NCBI GenBank assembly: GCA_043797085.1
Contig: JAZDQA010000012.1
Span: 32,001-96,000, forward strand
DNA: 64,000 nt
Reading direction: 5' to 3'
DNA from: Pseudomonadota bacterium
GTDB taxonomy: Bacteria > Campylobacterota > Campylobacteria > Campylobacterales > Sulfurimonadaceae
Shown here: positions 8,932 through 17,003 of the stretch, piece after piece
How the letters are laid out: every line of letters begins with the position of its first letter
Numbering within the stretch: the first letter of the stretch is position 1
Made by a program: the position numbers and the translations under genes
The notes under the pieces: generated by a model
Seen by the model: only the letters and a program-made list of their open reading frames with translations
What the model was told of the DNA's origin: nothing
Databases searched by the model: none

Positions 8932-10872
8932 TCACTTTGCTACGTGTAAATATTTTTGAAGAATATATTCTAACTTTTCACGAGTAAGCGGTTTAGAAAG
9001 ATAATCATCCAACCCTTTTTCAAGAATATATTCACGATCTCCTTCCATCGCCAAAGCCGTTAATGCAATAATCGGCATTCGCCCGCTGCTTGATGCACCT
9101 TCTTCTGCTTTTATCTCTTGTGTCGCTAAAATTCCGTCTTTAATCGGCATATCAATATCCATAAAAATAATATCAAAACGTTGATTTCGACATGCTTCCA
9201 CCGCTTCATCACCATTTGATGTCGTAACGACACTTAATCCGTACTCTTTGAGTAAAAGTTTGATCAGCCGCTGATTGATCAAATTGTCTTCAACAACCAA
9301 CGCATGAATCCCTCGTTGCAATTGAGCAATCACAGGAACTTCTTTCTTGTCAAGGTGTAAAACATCTACCAAATTGGAGAGCAAGCTTGTCGGTAATAAA
9401 GGCTTAGACAAACCATAATCGATGACATGCAAGGTCCGCGCCAATAATCGCTCGTGCTGTTCCAACAAAAGAACTGTTTTACATGTCCGTTTCAGTGATG
9501 AGAGCTTTAAAATCCATTCACTTTTTTCTTGTGAAGCAATAAAATAGACAACGTCCGTATTGTTAAAAATATTTTCATCAATCAAATGTGTTTTTGTGAC
9601 ACTTATCCCAAAACTGCGTAGATAATTGGTCAAATGATTAGCGTCATCAATACGTTTTTCATCCAATAAAACCACTTTTGCACTATGATCATTAATCATT
9701 CTCATTGCCTGATCAGAAGAACCTTCAAGCGTTAATGCAAAACTAAACGAAGATCCTCTCCCCTCTTCACTCGCAATTTTTAACTCACCGCCCATCAAAT
9801 TAATCAATCCATGAGAAAGGCTCAATCCAACACCAAGGCGATTATCTGCATGGTCACCGGAAACAAAAGGTCGTGTAATAAAACCAAGATCCCCTTTACT
9901 AATCCCCTTACCGGTATCTTTAACACTAAATCCAATGTTACTGCTGCCCGTAGTATTACGTTTCAGAAGTTTAATTTCAATGGTAATACGCCCCTGCGGT
10001 GCCGTAAATTTCAAAGCATTATTATAAAGATTGCTAAGTGCCTGCTTGATTTTTCGAATATCGCCCGTAAGATGCGTTGGAAGCTTAGGGTCGATAAAAA
10101 TTACCACACCCACCCCTTTGTCATTACCAAGAGAGACACAGCCAATGGCAAACTCTTCCATTTCAGCGATAATATTAAAATCAATCTTGCTGATACTTAA
10201 ACGCCCTGTTTGCATCTGTGCCAGATCAAGCAAATTTTCGATATTGGACATTAAATTTCGAGCAGAACCTTGAACCGAATGAATGTATTCCAACTGCGTA
10301 TCCGATGGAGACGTTTTAGCCAAAAGGTCAACAAATCCCAAAATTCCATTCATTGGTGTTCTAAATTCATGCCCAATATTGGCTAAAAATTTTGTTTTAA
10401 GAGCTTCAACCTGCACAACTTCTTTTTTTAGTGCCACAACATGTGTTTTATCTTCCAATCTTAAAAGATACAAATCGCTTGAACCCTGACGCAACATAGT
10501 TGAGGTTGCTAACATAGCACGGCGTTTTCCTTGGGAATCTGTAATACCAAGCCCATATCCACTGGGACAGTGGGTACGAATATAATCGAGCCAGCTTTTA
10601 TCGTATTCCGTAAATACTTCTTCGTCTTCATCACTAAAAAGTTCACGTATACTCTCATGTTTTGTACGAAGTTCTTCAATCGTCTTCACCGGAACCAGCT
10701 TAAAAAAAGCCTTATTAGCTCCAATCCATCCATTCTCTTTCGTAAAAAATAAAATTGCACTGGGATCAGTATCTAAGACTTTATAAAAAAGCTCTTTGTC
10801 AATATTATAATCGATTCCTTCTTCATCACTATGCTTTTTAAAAAGATTCATTATCCACTTTTTAAGTTCCAA
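8932..10872 (-). CDS. Cytoplasmic hybrid histidine kinase with PAS-like N-terminus
   Basis: GHEFRTPMN H-box, NALKFT, DTGKG, receiver VVEDN..FMDIDMP..SKP; TTG start. Confidence 0.92.
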   Translation of the reverse strand: MELKKWIMNLFKKHSDEEGIDYNIDKELFYKVLDTDPSAILFFTKENGWIGANKAFFKLVPVKTIEELRTKHESIRELFSDEDEEVFTEYDKSWLDYIRTHCPSGYGLGITDSQGKRRAMLATSTMLRQGSSDLYLLRLEDKTHVVALKKEVVQVEALKTKFLANIGHEFRTPMNGILGFVDLLAKTSPSDTQLEYIHSVQGSARNLMSNIENLLDLAQMQTGRLSISKIDFNIIAEMEEFAIGCVSLGNDKGVGVVIFIDPKLPTHLTGDIRKIKQALSNLYNNALKFTAPQGRITIEIKLLKRNTTGSSNIGFSVKDTGKGISKGDLGFITRPFVSGDHADNRLGVGLSLSHGLINLMGGELKIASEEGRGSSFSFALTLEGSSDQAMRMINDHSAKVVLLDEKRIDDANHLTNYLRSFGISVTKTHLIDENIFNNTDVVYFIASQEKSEWILKLSSLKRTCKTVLLLEQHERLLARTLHVIDYGLSKPLLPTSLLSNLVDVLHLDKKEVPVIAQLQRGIHALVVEDNLINQRLIKLLLKEYGLSVVTTSNGDEAVEACRNQRFDIIFMDIDMPIKDGILATQEIKAEEGASSSGRMPIIALTALAMEGDREYILEKGLDDYLSKPLTREKLEYILQKYLHVAK

Positions 10873-11030
10873 TAGAAGCTCCTGTTTACGAATTTATAGT
10901 CGTTTTTTGTTTATTGTAACACAAAATTCTCTCACGTTCTTTATTAATAAACATTTTAATCTATTTTAGCACTCTCAGTGTGTAAAAATTGGTGATACAA
11001 TAGCAAAAAAAAAATGGATTAAACCTTCCC

Positions 11031-11678
11031 GTGAAAAAAGCAACCAAAAAAGAGATTGAAGAAATCAAACAGATCTTATTGGAAAAATACCGTGATGCCG
11101 TAACCGAACTCACTTACCAAAATGCCTATGAATTGGTCATTGCCGTAGCCCTCTCCGCACAATGCACCGATAAGCGCGTCAACTTGATAACACCTGAGCT
11201 TTTCAAGGCATATCCAACGCCGCAAGCTCTAGCCAATGCTGATTTGGCTCACATTAAAAGCCTCATTCAAAGCTGTTCGTTTTTTAACAATAAAGCAATC
11301 AATCTTATCGCAATGGCAAAGCGTATCGTTGATGTCTACGGAGGAGAAATCCCTTTGGATGAAAAAGAGCTTATAACCCTCGCAGGAGTTGGACAAAAAA
11401 CAGCGCATGTCGTCTTGATCGAATACACCCAAGCCAATCTCATGGCGGTAGATACCCATGTATTTCGTGTCAGCCACAGACTGGGTCTGAGTGATGACCT
11501 AACCCCTGCCGCTACGGAAGCCACCTTGGTCAAAAAATTCAAAACACAATTGCATCAGCTCCATCAGGGAATGGTACTCTTCGGTCGTTATATCTGTACC
11601 GCGAAAAATCCGAAATGTGACGATACATGTTTTTTACAAAATTACTGTAAAACCAAGGAAAGCTTTAAACCCAGATAA
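11031..11678 (+). CDS. nth: Endonuclease III
   Basis: LSAQCTD, HhH LAGVGQKTA, VDTHVFR, C-terminal 4Fe-4S Cys cluster. Confidence 0.96.
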   Translation: MKKATKKEIEEIKQILLEKYRDAVTELTYQNAYELVIAVALSAQCTDKRVNLITPELFKAYPTPQALANADLAHIKSLIQSCSFFNNKAINLIAMAKRIVDVYGGEIPLDEKELITLAGVGQKTAHVVLIEYTQANLMAVDTHVFRVSHRLGLSDDLTPAATEATLVKKFKTQLHQLHQGMVLFGRYICTAKNPKCDDTCFLQNYCKTKESFKPR

Positions 11679-11691
11679 GATACAATCTCTC

Positions 11692-11910
11692 ATGATAAAA
11701 CTTATACTTCTTTGGTTATTCGCAGTGATAATGTTTTCGGGATGTTTCAATGAGCGCGGTATCAGTATGCGTTATTACAGTAATTGCGAAGAGTTTTATG
11801 ATTCGCAAGGGTATTATCACAAAAAATGCCCCGACAATCTACTCGACTACACCGATGTTAAAAAAACTTTCTCCCCGTCAAGTTCTGATATCTCACCTAA
11901 AGTTTGGTAA
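11692..11910 (+). CDS. Small lipoprotein
   Basis: From the ATG at 11692: hydrophobic signal with lipobox FSGC, and a C-x13-C pair. Confidence 0.7.
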   Translation: MIKLILLWLFAVIMFSGCFNERGISMRYYSNCEEFYDSQGYYHKKCPDNLLDYTDVKKTFSPSSSDISPKVW

Positions 11911-11916
11911 AAAGGG

Positions 11917-12642
11917 TTATTTACACGCAATAAAAGTAGCAAAATTTGCCCACTGAAACAACACGTCACAGCTGGTAAATCCACTTTTCTTGACCATTGC
12001 ACTGTTTTCTTCTACCGTATACGGTATCAGCACATTTTCTAAAGCTTCACGCTTTTGGACAATTTCGTATTCACTGTAACCTTGAACTTTTTTATAATCA
12101 TAATAGCAATCAATAAGCTGCTTATTAAGCATACTGTTCTCGCTCAGTACTTTTTCGCTGAAAATAAAAACTCCCCCTTCTTCAAGTGAGTCATATATTT
12201 TTTGAACCAATTTTTCTCTCATCATCGGGCGGACAAACTGCAAAGTATAATTGCATACAATAGCTCGTGTTATGCCAAATGGATAGTCTAAAATATCCCC
12301 TTCGACAAGATGAATCTTTGATTGATACACTTCGAGTTTTTTGTGTGCATGTTCAATCATTGCAGGGGAATTATCAATTCCGATCAGCTCACACTTCTCT
12401 GATGAGTCCATACCTCTCTCAATTTGAAGAAGTAATGACGCTGTCGAGCATCCTAAATCAATAATTCTTCCCCCGTCGATAAGTGCATTTAAACAAAATC
12501 GAGCGGTCAATTGTTGGGATTCTTTGTAAAAAGGGACAGAACGACTCAGCATATCATCAAAAACAGCTGCAACATCGGCATCAAATTCAAATTGTTTGGA
12601 AATTGGTTTAGTAAAAAGTGTATCGGTTTTCATAAATGCCAT
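11917..12642 (-). CDS. cmoA: Carboxy-S-adenosyl-L-methionine synthase
   Basis: FEFDADVAAVFDDMLSRSVPFY, DLGCST, NYTLQF, KREALENVL. Confidence 0.95.
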   Translation of the reverse strand: MAFMKTDTLFTKPISKQFEFDADVAAVFDDMLSRSVPFYKESQQLTARFCLNALIDGGRIIDLGCSTASLLLQIERGMDSSEKCELIGIDNSPAMIEHAHKKLEVYQSKIHLVEGDILDYPFGITRAIVCNYTLQFVRPMMREKLVQKIYDSLEEGGVFIFSEKVLSENSMLNKQLIDCYYDYKKVQGYSEYEIVQKREALENVLIPYTVEENSAMVKKSGFTSCDVLFQWANFATFIACK

Positions 12643-12653
12643 TATAGCTAAAA

Positions 12654-12807
12654 ACTGACCTTACGCACATATGCATATTGAGTGATTTTCTTGAGAATTC
12701 AACTCTAAGCTCCATTTGTTAAGAGATGGTGGTGCTTTTGCTTTACGTCATTTAGCGTATACATTTTTGAATTTTCAAGAAAATCACTCAATATACGTAA
12801 AGTCAGT
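12654..12807. mobile_element. MITE-like non-autonomous element
   Basis: Imperfect terminal inverted repeats ACTGAC(C/T)TTACG..ATATTGAGTGATTTTCTTGA(G/A)AATTCAA; TAAAA directly repeated on both flanks; no ORF. Confidence 0.7.
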
Positions 12808-14303
12808 TAAAACAACGAGGGAACAATCTCATGATTTTTTTTCGATTTTGAAGCTGGAGCTTTAGATGCGCCAAAGAAACTGATCTCATGTTCTCTTAAA
12901 ATACGAATAAGATTCGTTGTCCCTTGAACCCCGACAGGATCCCCTGCCGTAAAAATATAGGTCTGGGTTTTATCAATAATATTACGTGCCAATCCACGGC
13001 TAATAATATCACTTAGCATCTCTTCGAGTTTTGCTTTTTTGGTTAAGTATGCTGGAATTACTCCCCATACCAAGGTTAATAGTCGCGCCACCCGCTCATC
13101 ATGAGTAGCGGCATAAATCGTCATCTCAGGGCGATAACGGGCAAGTTTTTTTGCCGATTGTCCCGATGTTGTCATGGCAATAATCCCGACGGCATGAAGC
13201 GCATCGCCCAATCGCACGGCTGATTCATTAATAATATCCATCGGATCATGGGGTGTAAATTCTAAAAATTTATCAAAAGGATAAATTTCCTCAATCGATT
13301 GTATGGTATTGACCATTGTTTCTACCGCTAAAATCGGATTATCCCCTACTGCCGATTCTTCTGAGAGCATTACAGCATCTGTACCATCCAAAACAGCATT
13401 CGCAACATCGCTGATCTCAGCGCGGGTTGCCGTCTCATGCTGCGTCATTGAAAGAAGCATTTGGGTTGCCGTAATCACCGGTTTTGAGTGCTCGTTTGCT
13501 TTACGTATTAACATTTTTTGAATCGTCGGTACTTGATAATACGGAACTTCGATCCCTAAATCACCTCGCGCAACCATTAATCCATCTGAATGTTCTAAAA
13601 TATCATCAATATTTTCAACCGCATCAAATTTTTCAATCTTAGCAAACAGTTGCACATTTCCACCGTAAGCATGAACAATTTCACGTGCCCGTATCATATC
13701 CGATCCATTTTGGACAAAAGAAATTGCCATAAAATCAACCCCATTGGCAACTCCCCATGCCATATCTTCTCGATCTTTAGGGGTCAGAACATCAATACCC
13801 AATCGAGTATTGGGAAAGTTCATCCCTTTCTGCGAACTTAATTTTCCATTATTAAGAATTTCTGCTTGAACAAATTTCTCTTCACATGCCACGATACGGG
13901 CTCTGATATTTCCATCATGCAAATAGATGGAATCCCCAATATTGAGTAAATCTAAAATATTGCTTTGATTGATAGATACCCGATAGTGATGCTCACCTAT
14001 ACGCTCACCCTCAATCGTATTGCGATAAAAATCGAGCCTATCCTTCGAGTGAAGATGAAATTCTTCTTTTAACATTCCAATTCGCATTTTTGGACCGCTA
14101 ATATCTTGTAAAACACCGACAATCAGCCCTGTTTTATTCATTGCACTGCGAATGCTCGCTAAAACCTTTGAATGATAATCGTGCGTTCCGTGTGAAAAAT
14201 TTAGACGAAATACATTAACACCTGCTCGTATCATTGCCGATAACATTTCCACACTGTCTGAAGACGGTCCTACGGTTGCTACTATTTTGGTCCGCTTTTG
14301 CAT
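12807..14303 (-). CDS. pyk: Pyruvate kinase
   Basis: RTKIVATVGP, RLNFSHG, KIE, MVARGDLG, TATQML, DAVMLSEES; start moved to the ATG at 14303. Confidence 0.97.
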   Translation of the reverse strand: MQKRTKIVATVGPSSDSVEMLSAMIRAGVNVFRLNFSHGTHDYHSKVLASIRSAMNKTGLIVGVLQDISGPKMRIGMLKEEFHLHSKDRLDFYRNTIEGERIGEHHYRVSINQSNILDLLNIGDSIYLHDGNIRARIVACEEKFVQAEILNNGKLSSQKGMNFPNTRLGIDVLTPKDREDMAWGVANGVDFMAISFVQNGSDMIRAREIVHAYGGNVQLFAKIEKFDAVENIDDILEHSDGLMVARGDLGIEVPYYQVPTIQKMLIRKANEHSKPVITATQMLLSMTQHETATRAEISDVANAVLDGTDAVMLSEESAVGDNPILAVETMVNTIQSIEEIYPFDKFLEFTPHDPMDIINESAVRLGDALHAVGIIAMTTSGQSAKKLARYRPEMTIYAATHDERVARLLTLVWGVIPAYLTKKAKLEEMLSDIISRGLARNIIDKTQTYIFTAGDPVGVQGTTNLIRILREHEISFFGASKAPASKSKKNHEIVPSLF

Positions 14304-14359
14304 ACTTTTTTTCTCCGTAAAATGTGTAATTTTTAAGGATATTAGCATATTTTTACTAC

Positions 14360-14375
14360 TGTGAAATCAATCTCA
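14360..14375. promoter_or_regulatory. CRP-like box in the divergent pyk / cyclase-like promoter
   Basis: TGTGA-AATCAA-TCTCA, one mismatch to TGTGA-N6-TCACA. Confidence 0.4.
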
Positions 14376-14440
14376 GGGATTTTAGAGGTGCTTTCTTATA
14401 AAATGAGCGCTATATTCATTGATTTGGAAACAACACACAT

Positions 14441-15106
14441 ATGAACACAAGACCCATCGAAACCGATATTGTTCTGGTTGATATTATTGATTTTTCACTT
14501 CTTAGTATGCCTAAGCAACTCGAACTTATTAGTTATCTTTCCCAGAGCTACAAAAAAATGATCCACAAGATGCTCAAAAATTCAGGTATTCCCTTGGAAA
14601 AAATGTTGCAAGGAATTATTCCGACAGGGGATGGTTTTTATTGTATTTTACACCCAAGTCTACGGGGATTTGGTTCCATTCTTGGTTTATCTTTTAATCA
14701 CTTTTCTGATTTTATTGCTCGTGAATACCCTTATTTTCAAGGATTGCGTGTTGCGGTACATACCGGAAATGTCTACCGTTTTGAGGATATTTTAGGTCAT
14801 GACAACTTTGTCGGAGATGGATTGAACGAATGCGCACGGTATGGTGAAATAAAAAATTTGATCGTCAGCACGGTTTTCATTTCCGAAACTGCATATAAGT
14901 CCTTACAGGGATTTTTAGATGATCATAGTGATTTCGCCGAGTTACTGACGAAATGTGAATTCAAACACAGTTCACTTCACACGTTTAGCGACAAACACAA
15001 CATACAACACAGCGGATACCTCATTTGGATGCGACAAGGGGGAATAATTCCCCCTCCAAAATCTGATTGGTTACTTACCCCAAAAAGGAGAATAAATGCG
15101 TTTTAG
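14441..15106 (+). CDS. Stand-alone class III nucleotidyl cyclase-like protein
   Basis: VDIIDFS, TGDG, LRVAVHTG and GDGLNECAR match the class III cyclase motif order. Confidence 0.75.
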   Translation: MNTRPIETDIVLVDIIDFSLLSMPKQLELISYLSQSYKKMIHKMLKNSGIPLEKMLQGIIPTGDGFYCILHPSLRGFGSILGLSFNHFSDFIAREYPYFQGLRVAVHTGNVYRFEDILGHDNFVGDGLNECARYGEIKNLIVSTVFISETAYKSLQGFLDDHSDFAELLTKCEFKHSSLHTFSDKHNIQHSGYLIWMRQGGIIPPPKSDWLLTPKRRINAF

Positions 15107-15758
15107 CATCGATGAATACGCCAAAACATTTAAAATGTCCAAAGAGATGATCCAAAATAAGTTGAAATCTAAACGTCTCAACTATATTATCGAGGGGGGA
15201 ATTACCTACATCATTGTCCCAAGAAGTGCTTTGAGTGAAGAAAAAGAACGTGAAATTCATGCTGCACAAAATACACATTCAAGCACGGCAACCCCTTCTG
15301 TCGCAACTAAAACAAATGTCGGGATGATTATAGCCCTCTACCAAAAAGAAAATAATCACCTCAAACTCAAAGTCAAAGAACTTGAAGCGAAAATCGACTC
15401 CCTTGTACATGATAAAGAGCAGATGCTTATCGCTGAACGTAATCGAATCGAAGAAATTTACACGGCTAAAGATGAACAGCTCAAAAATATCCTTGAAGTA
15501 CTAAGCAGCAAGCTTATGCTCTCACAAAACAGTACCATACATGATGTTGATGCGACCGTATCTAATACAATTCCATTTAGTTCTAGCGGGCTTATTGAAC
15601 TCAAGCGTTATTTAAAATTTATTGGAATAGGAAGCGAAGGGCGCAAAGCAATACGGAGTCGTTTTTCTGATCGATATGGAAGTGATGTCCGTATTATTCA
15701 AAAAGAGAGTGAATTCTACGTCGATCTTTCAAAATACGATTATACTGACCTTCTCTAA
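15096..15758 (+). CDS. Hypothetical protein with N-terminal HTH-like region and central coiled coil (DUF3972-like)
   Basis: SIDEYAKTFKMSKEMI HTH-like start, heptad-rich middle; overlaps the upstream gene by 11 bp. Confidence 0.6.
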   Translation: MRFSIDEYAKTFKMSKEMIQNKLKSKRLNYIIEGGITYIIVPRSALSEEKEREIHAAQNTHSSTATPSVATKTNVGMIIALYQKENNHLKLKVKELEAKIDSLVHDKEQMLIAERNRIEEIYTAKDEQLKNILEVLSSKLMLSQNSTIHDVDATVSNTIPFSSSGLIELKRYLKFIGIGSEGRKAIRSRFSDRYGSDVRIIQKESEFYVDLSKYDYTDLL

Positions 15759-15806
15759 CCCTTCTTAATTTCTAAATCACTTCTTTAAATTTTTTATTTT
15801 AAACGA

Positions 15807-15826
15807 ATTTCCGCCTTCGCGGGAAT
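15807..15826. repeat. Short REP-like hairpin or terminator
   Basis: ATTTCCGC-CTTC-GCGGGAAT; shares CGC(C/T)TTCGCGGGAAT with 45820-45838. Confidence 0.5.
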
Positions 15827-15846
15827 CTCAAATATTATAATCCTTC

Positions 15847-15872
15847 ATTCATGTGATAAATTTCACATGAAT
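15847..15872. promoter_or_regulatory. Perfect palindromic operator with CRP consensus core
   Basis: ATTCATGTGA-TAAATT-TCACATGAAT: 10 bp perfect arms containing TGTGA-N6-TCACA. Confidence 0.6.
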
Positions 15873-16048
15873 TTTATACGTTTTTCTGTATATATATAAT
15901 CATATTATGAAGTATAGTAAATAAAATTTGTATATAACCGATATTAAAAATGGTATTATCTTCTCAATAATGATTAAAAAGAGTATTTAATAGCTTATTT
16001 TATACATTTTTTATGTTTAATTTAATAAATAAAGTTTACAATAGGGTA

Positions 16049-16294
16049 ATGGAAATGAATGACCTTTTTAATCTTCTTCACAACGCTGTCGAAGCGCAAA
16101 GCAACGGGAAAAAAATTTCTCAAAAAGAAATGGCTCAAAGGCTGGGAATTTCTATGCGTTCCTATCAAGATTGGCGGCTTGGAAACGCAAAGCCGCAAGC
16201 CGCCAAAGCTATTTTAGAGATGCTTGGGATGCTTGAAGATGATGAGATTATACGGGTAGTCCGAAAAATTAATAAATTAGGGAAAAAGTCATGA
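16049..16294 (+). CDS. XRE/Cro-family HTH transcriptional regulator
   Basis: ISQKEMAQRLGISMRSYQDWRLGNAKP HTH; start uncertain (16013, 16049 or 16055). Confidence 0.85.
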   Translation: MEMNDLFNLLHNAVEAQSNGKKISQKEMAQRLGISMRSYQDWRLGNAKPQAAKAILEMLGMLEDDEIIRVVRKINKLGKKS

Positions 16295-16536
16295 GTACGT
16301 TAAGTGAACAAGAACGCCACGGTTTAGACGATGTTTTTTTATCCATATCCTCAACGCAGCCTTTCGTACTTAAATACAAATTATCGCACTATCATTCGTA
16401 CTTCATCTTGCATCTAAAAACCCGCATGAGGGCATTTAATATTCGAACACCACTCCGAGAAAAGATCAAAAACACTCTAAAAAACACCTTTTTCCAAAAG
16501 AATTCACAAAAAACAGAAAAAACAAGAAAAATTTAA
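16291..16536 (+). CDS. Small basic hypothetical protein
   Basis: ATGA overlap with the XRE gene suggests translational coupling. Confidence 0.5.
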   Translation: MSTLSEQERHGLDDVFLSISSTQPFVLKYKLSHYHSYFILHLKTRMRAFNIRTPLREKIKNTLKNTFFQKNSQKTEKTRKI

Positions 16537-16641
16537 GCTAAGAGATATTAAAGTATTTCCGTCGGAAACGCAGGGCTCTCTTTTTTCTCGTAAATCAGGA
16601 AGTTTTAGCGAGTTTCATAGATCTTTATCTAAAGGAATTAA

Positions 16642-16926
16642 ATGAATAAAGCACAATTCGTTGAGTTGGTACAAAAAAATGGCGGTTACAAAACTAAAGT
16701 AGAAGCTGAAACAGCTATCAAAGCATTCACAGAAGCGGTTACAGAAGCTCTTGTTGCTAAAGAAGAAGTTTCATTGGTAGGCTTCGGCAACTTTGCTGCA
16801 TCACTTCAAAAAGGTAAAAGCGGTAAAGTACCGGGTACTGATAAAACTTACACTACTGCAGACAAAATGGTTCCTAAATTCAAACCAGGTAAAAGTCTTA
16901 AAGACAGCGTTGCAGCTGCAAAATAG
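16642..16926 (+). CDS. hup: DNA-binding protein HU
   Basis: MNKAQFVE, VSLVGFGNF, VPKFKPGKSLKD; AAGGA RBS. Confidence 0.95.
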   Translation: MNKAQFVELVQKNGGYKTKVEAETAIKAFTEAVTEALVAKEEVSLVGFGNFAASLQKGKSGKVPGTDKTYTTADKMVPKFKPGKSLKDSVAAAK

Positions 16927-16938
16927 TTCTTCCAAATT

Positions 16939-16959
16939 CTTCGAGGGTCTTCCTCGAAG
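16939..16959 (+). terminator. Hairpin terminator after hup
   Basis: CTTCGAGG-GTCTT-CCTCGAAG. Confidence 0.55.
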
Positions 16960-17003
16960 CTTACTAATATATTTCCCTTATTTATCCACTTAATACGTTA
17001 TAA

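Noticed and set aside
10966..10974. TTAGCACTC, the left half of a CIRCE element, upstream of nth (also present near 4156)
   Set aside because: No GAGTGCTAA right arm after 9 bp; the copy near 4156 is just the start of the M23 gene
14441..15758. Calling the cyclase pair a Pycsar or CBASS system
   Set aside because: The neighbouring protein has no cNMP-binding, TIR or TM effector domain that I can see
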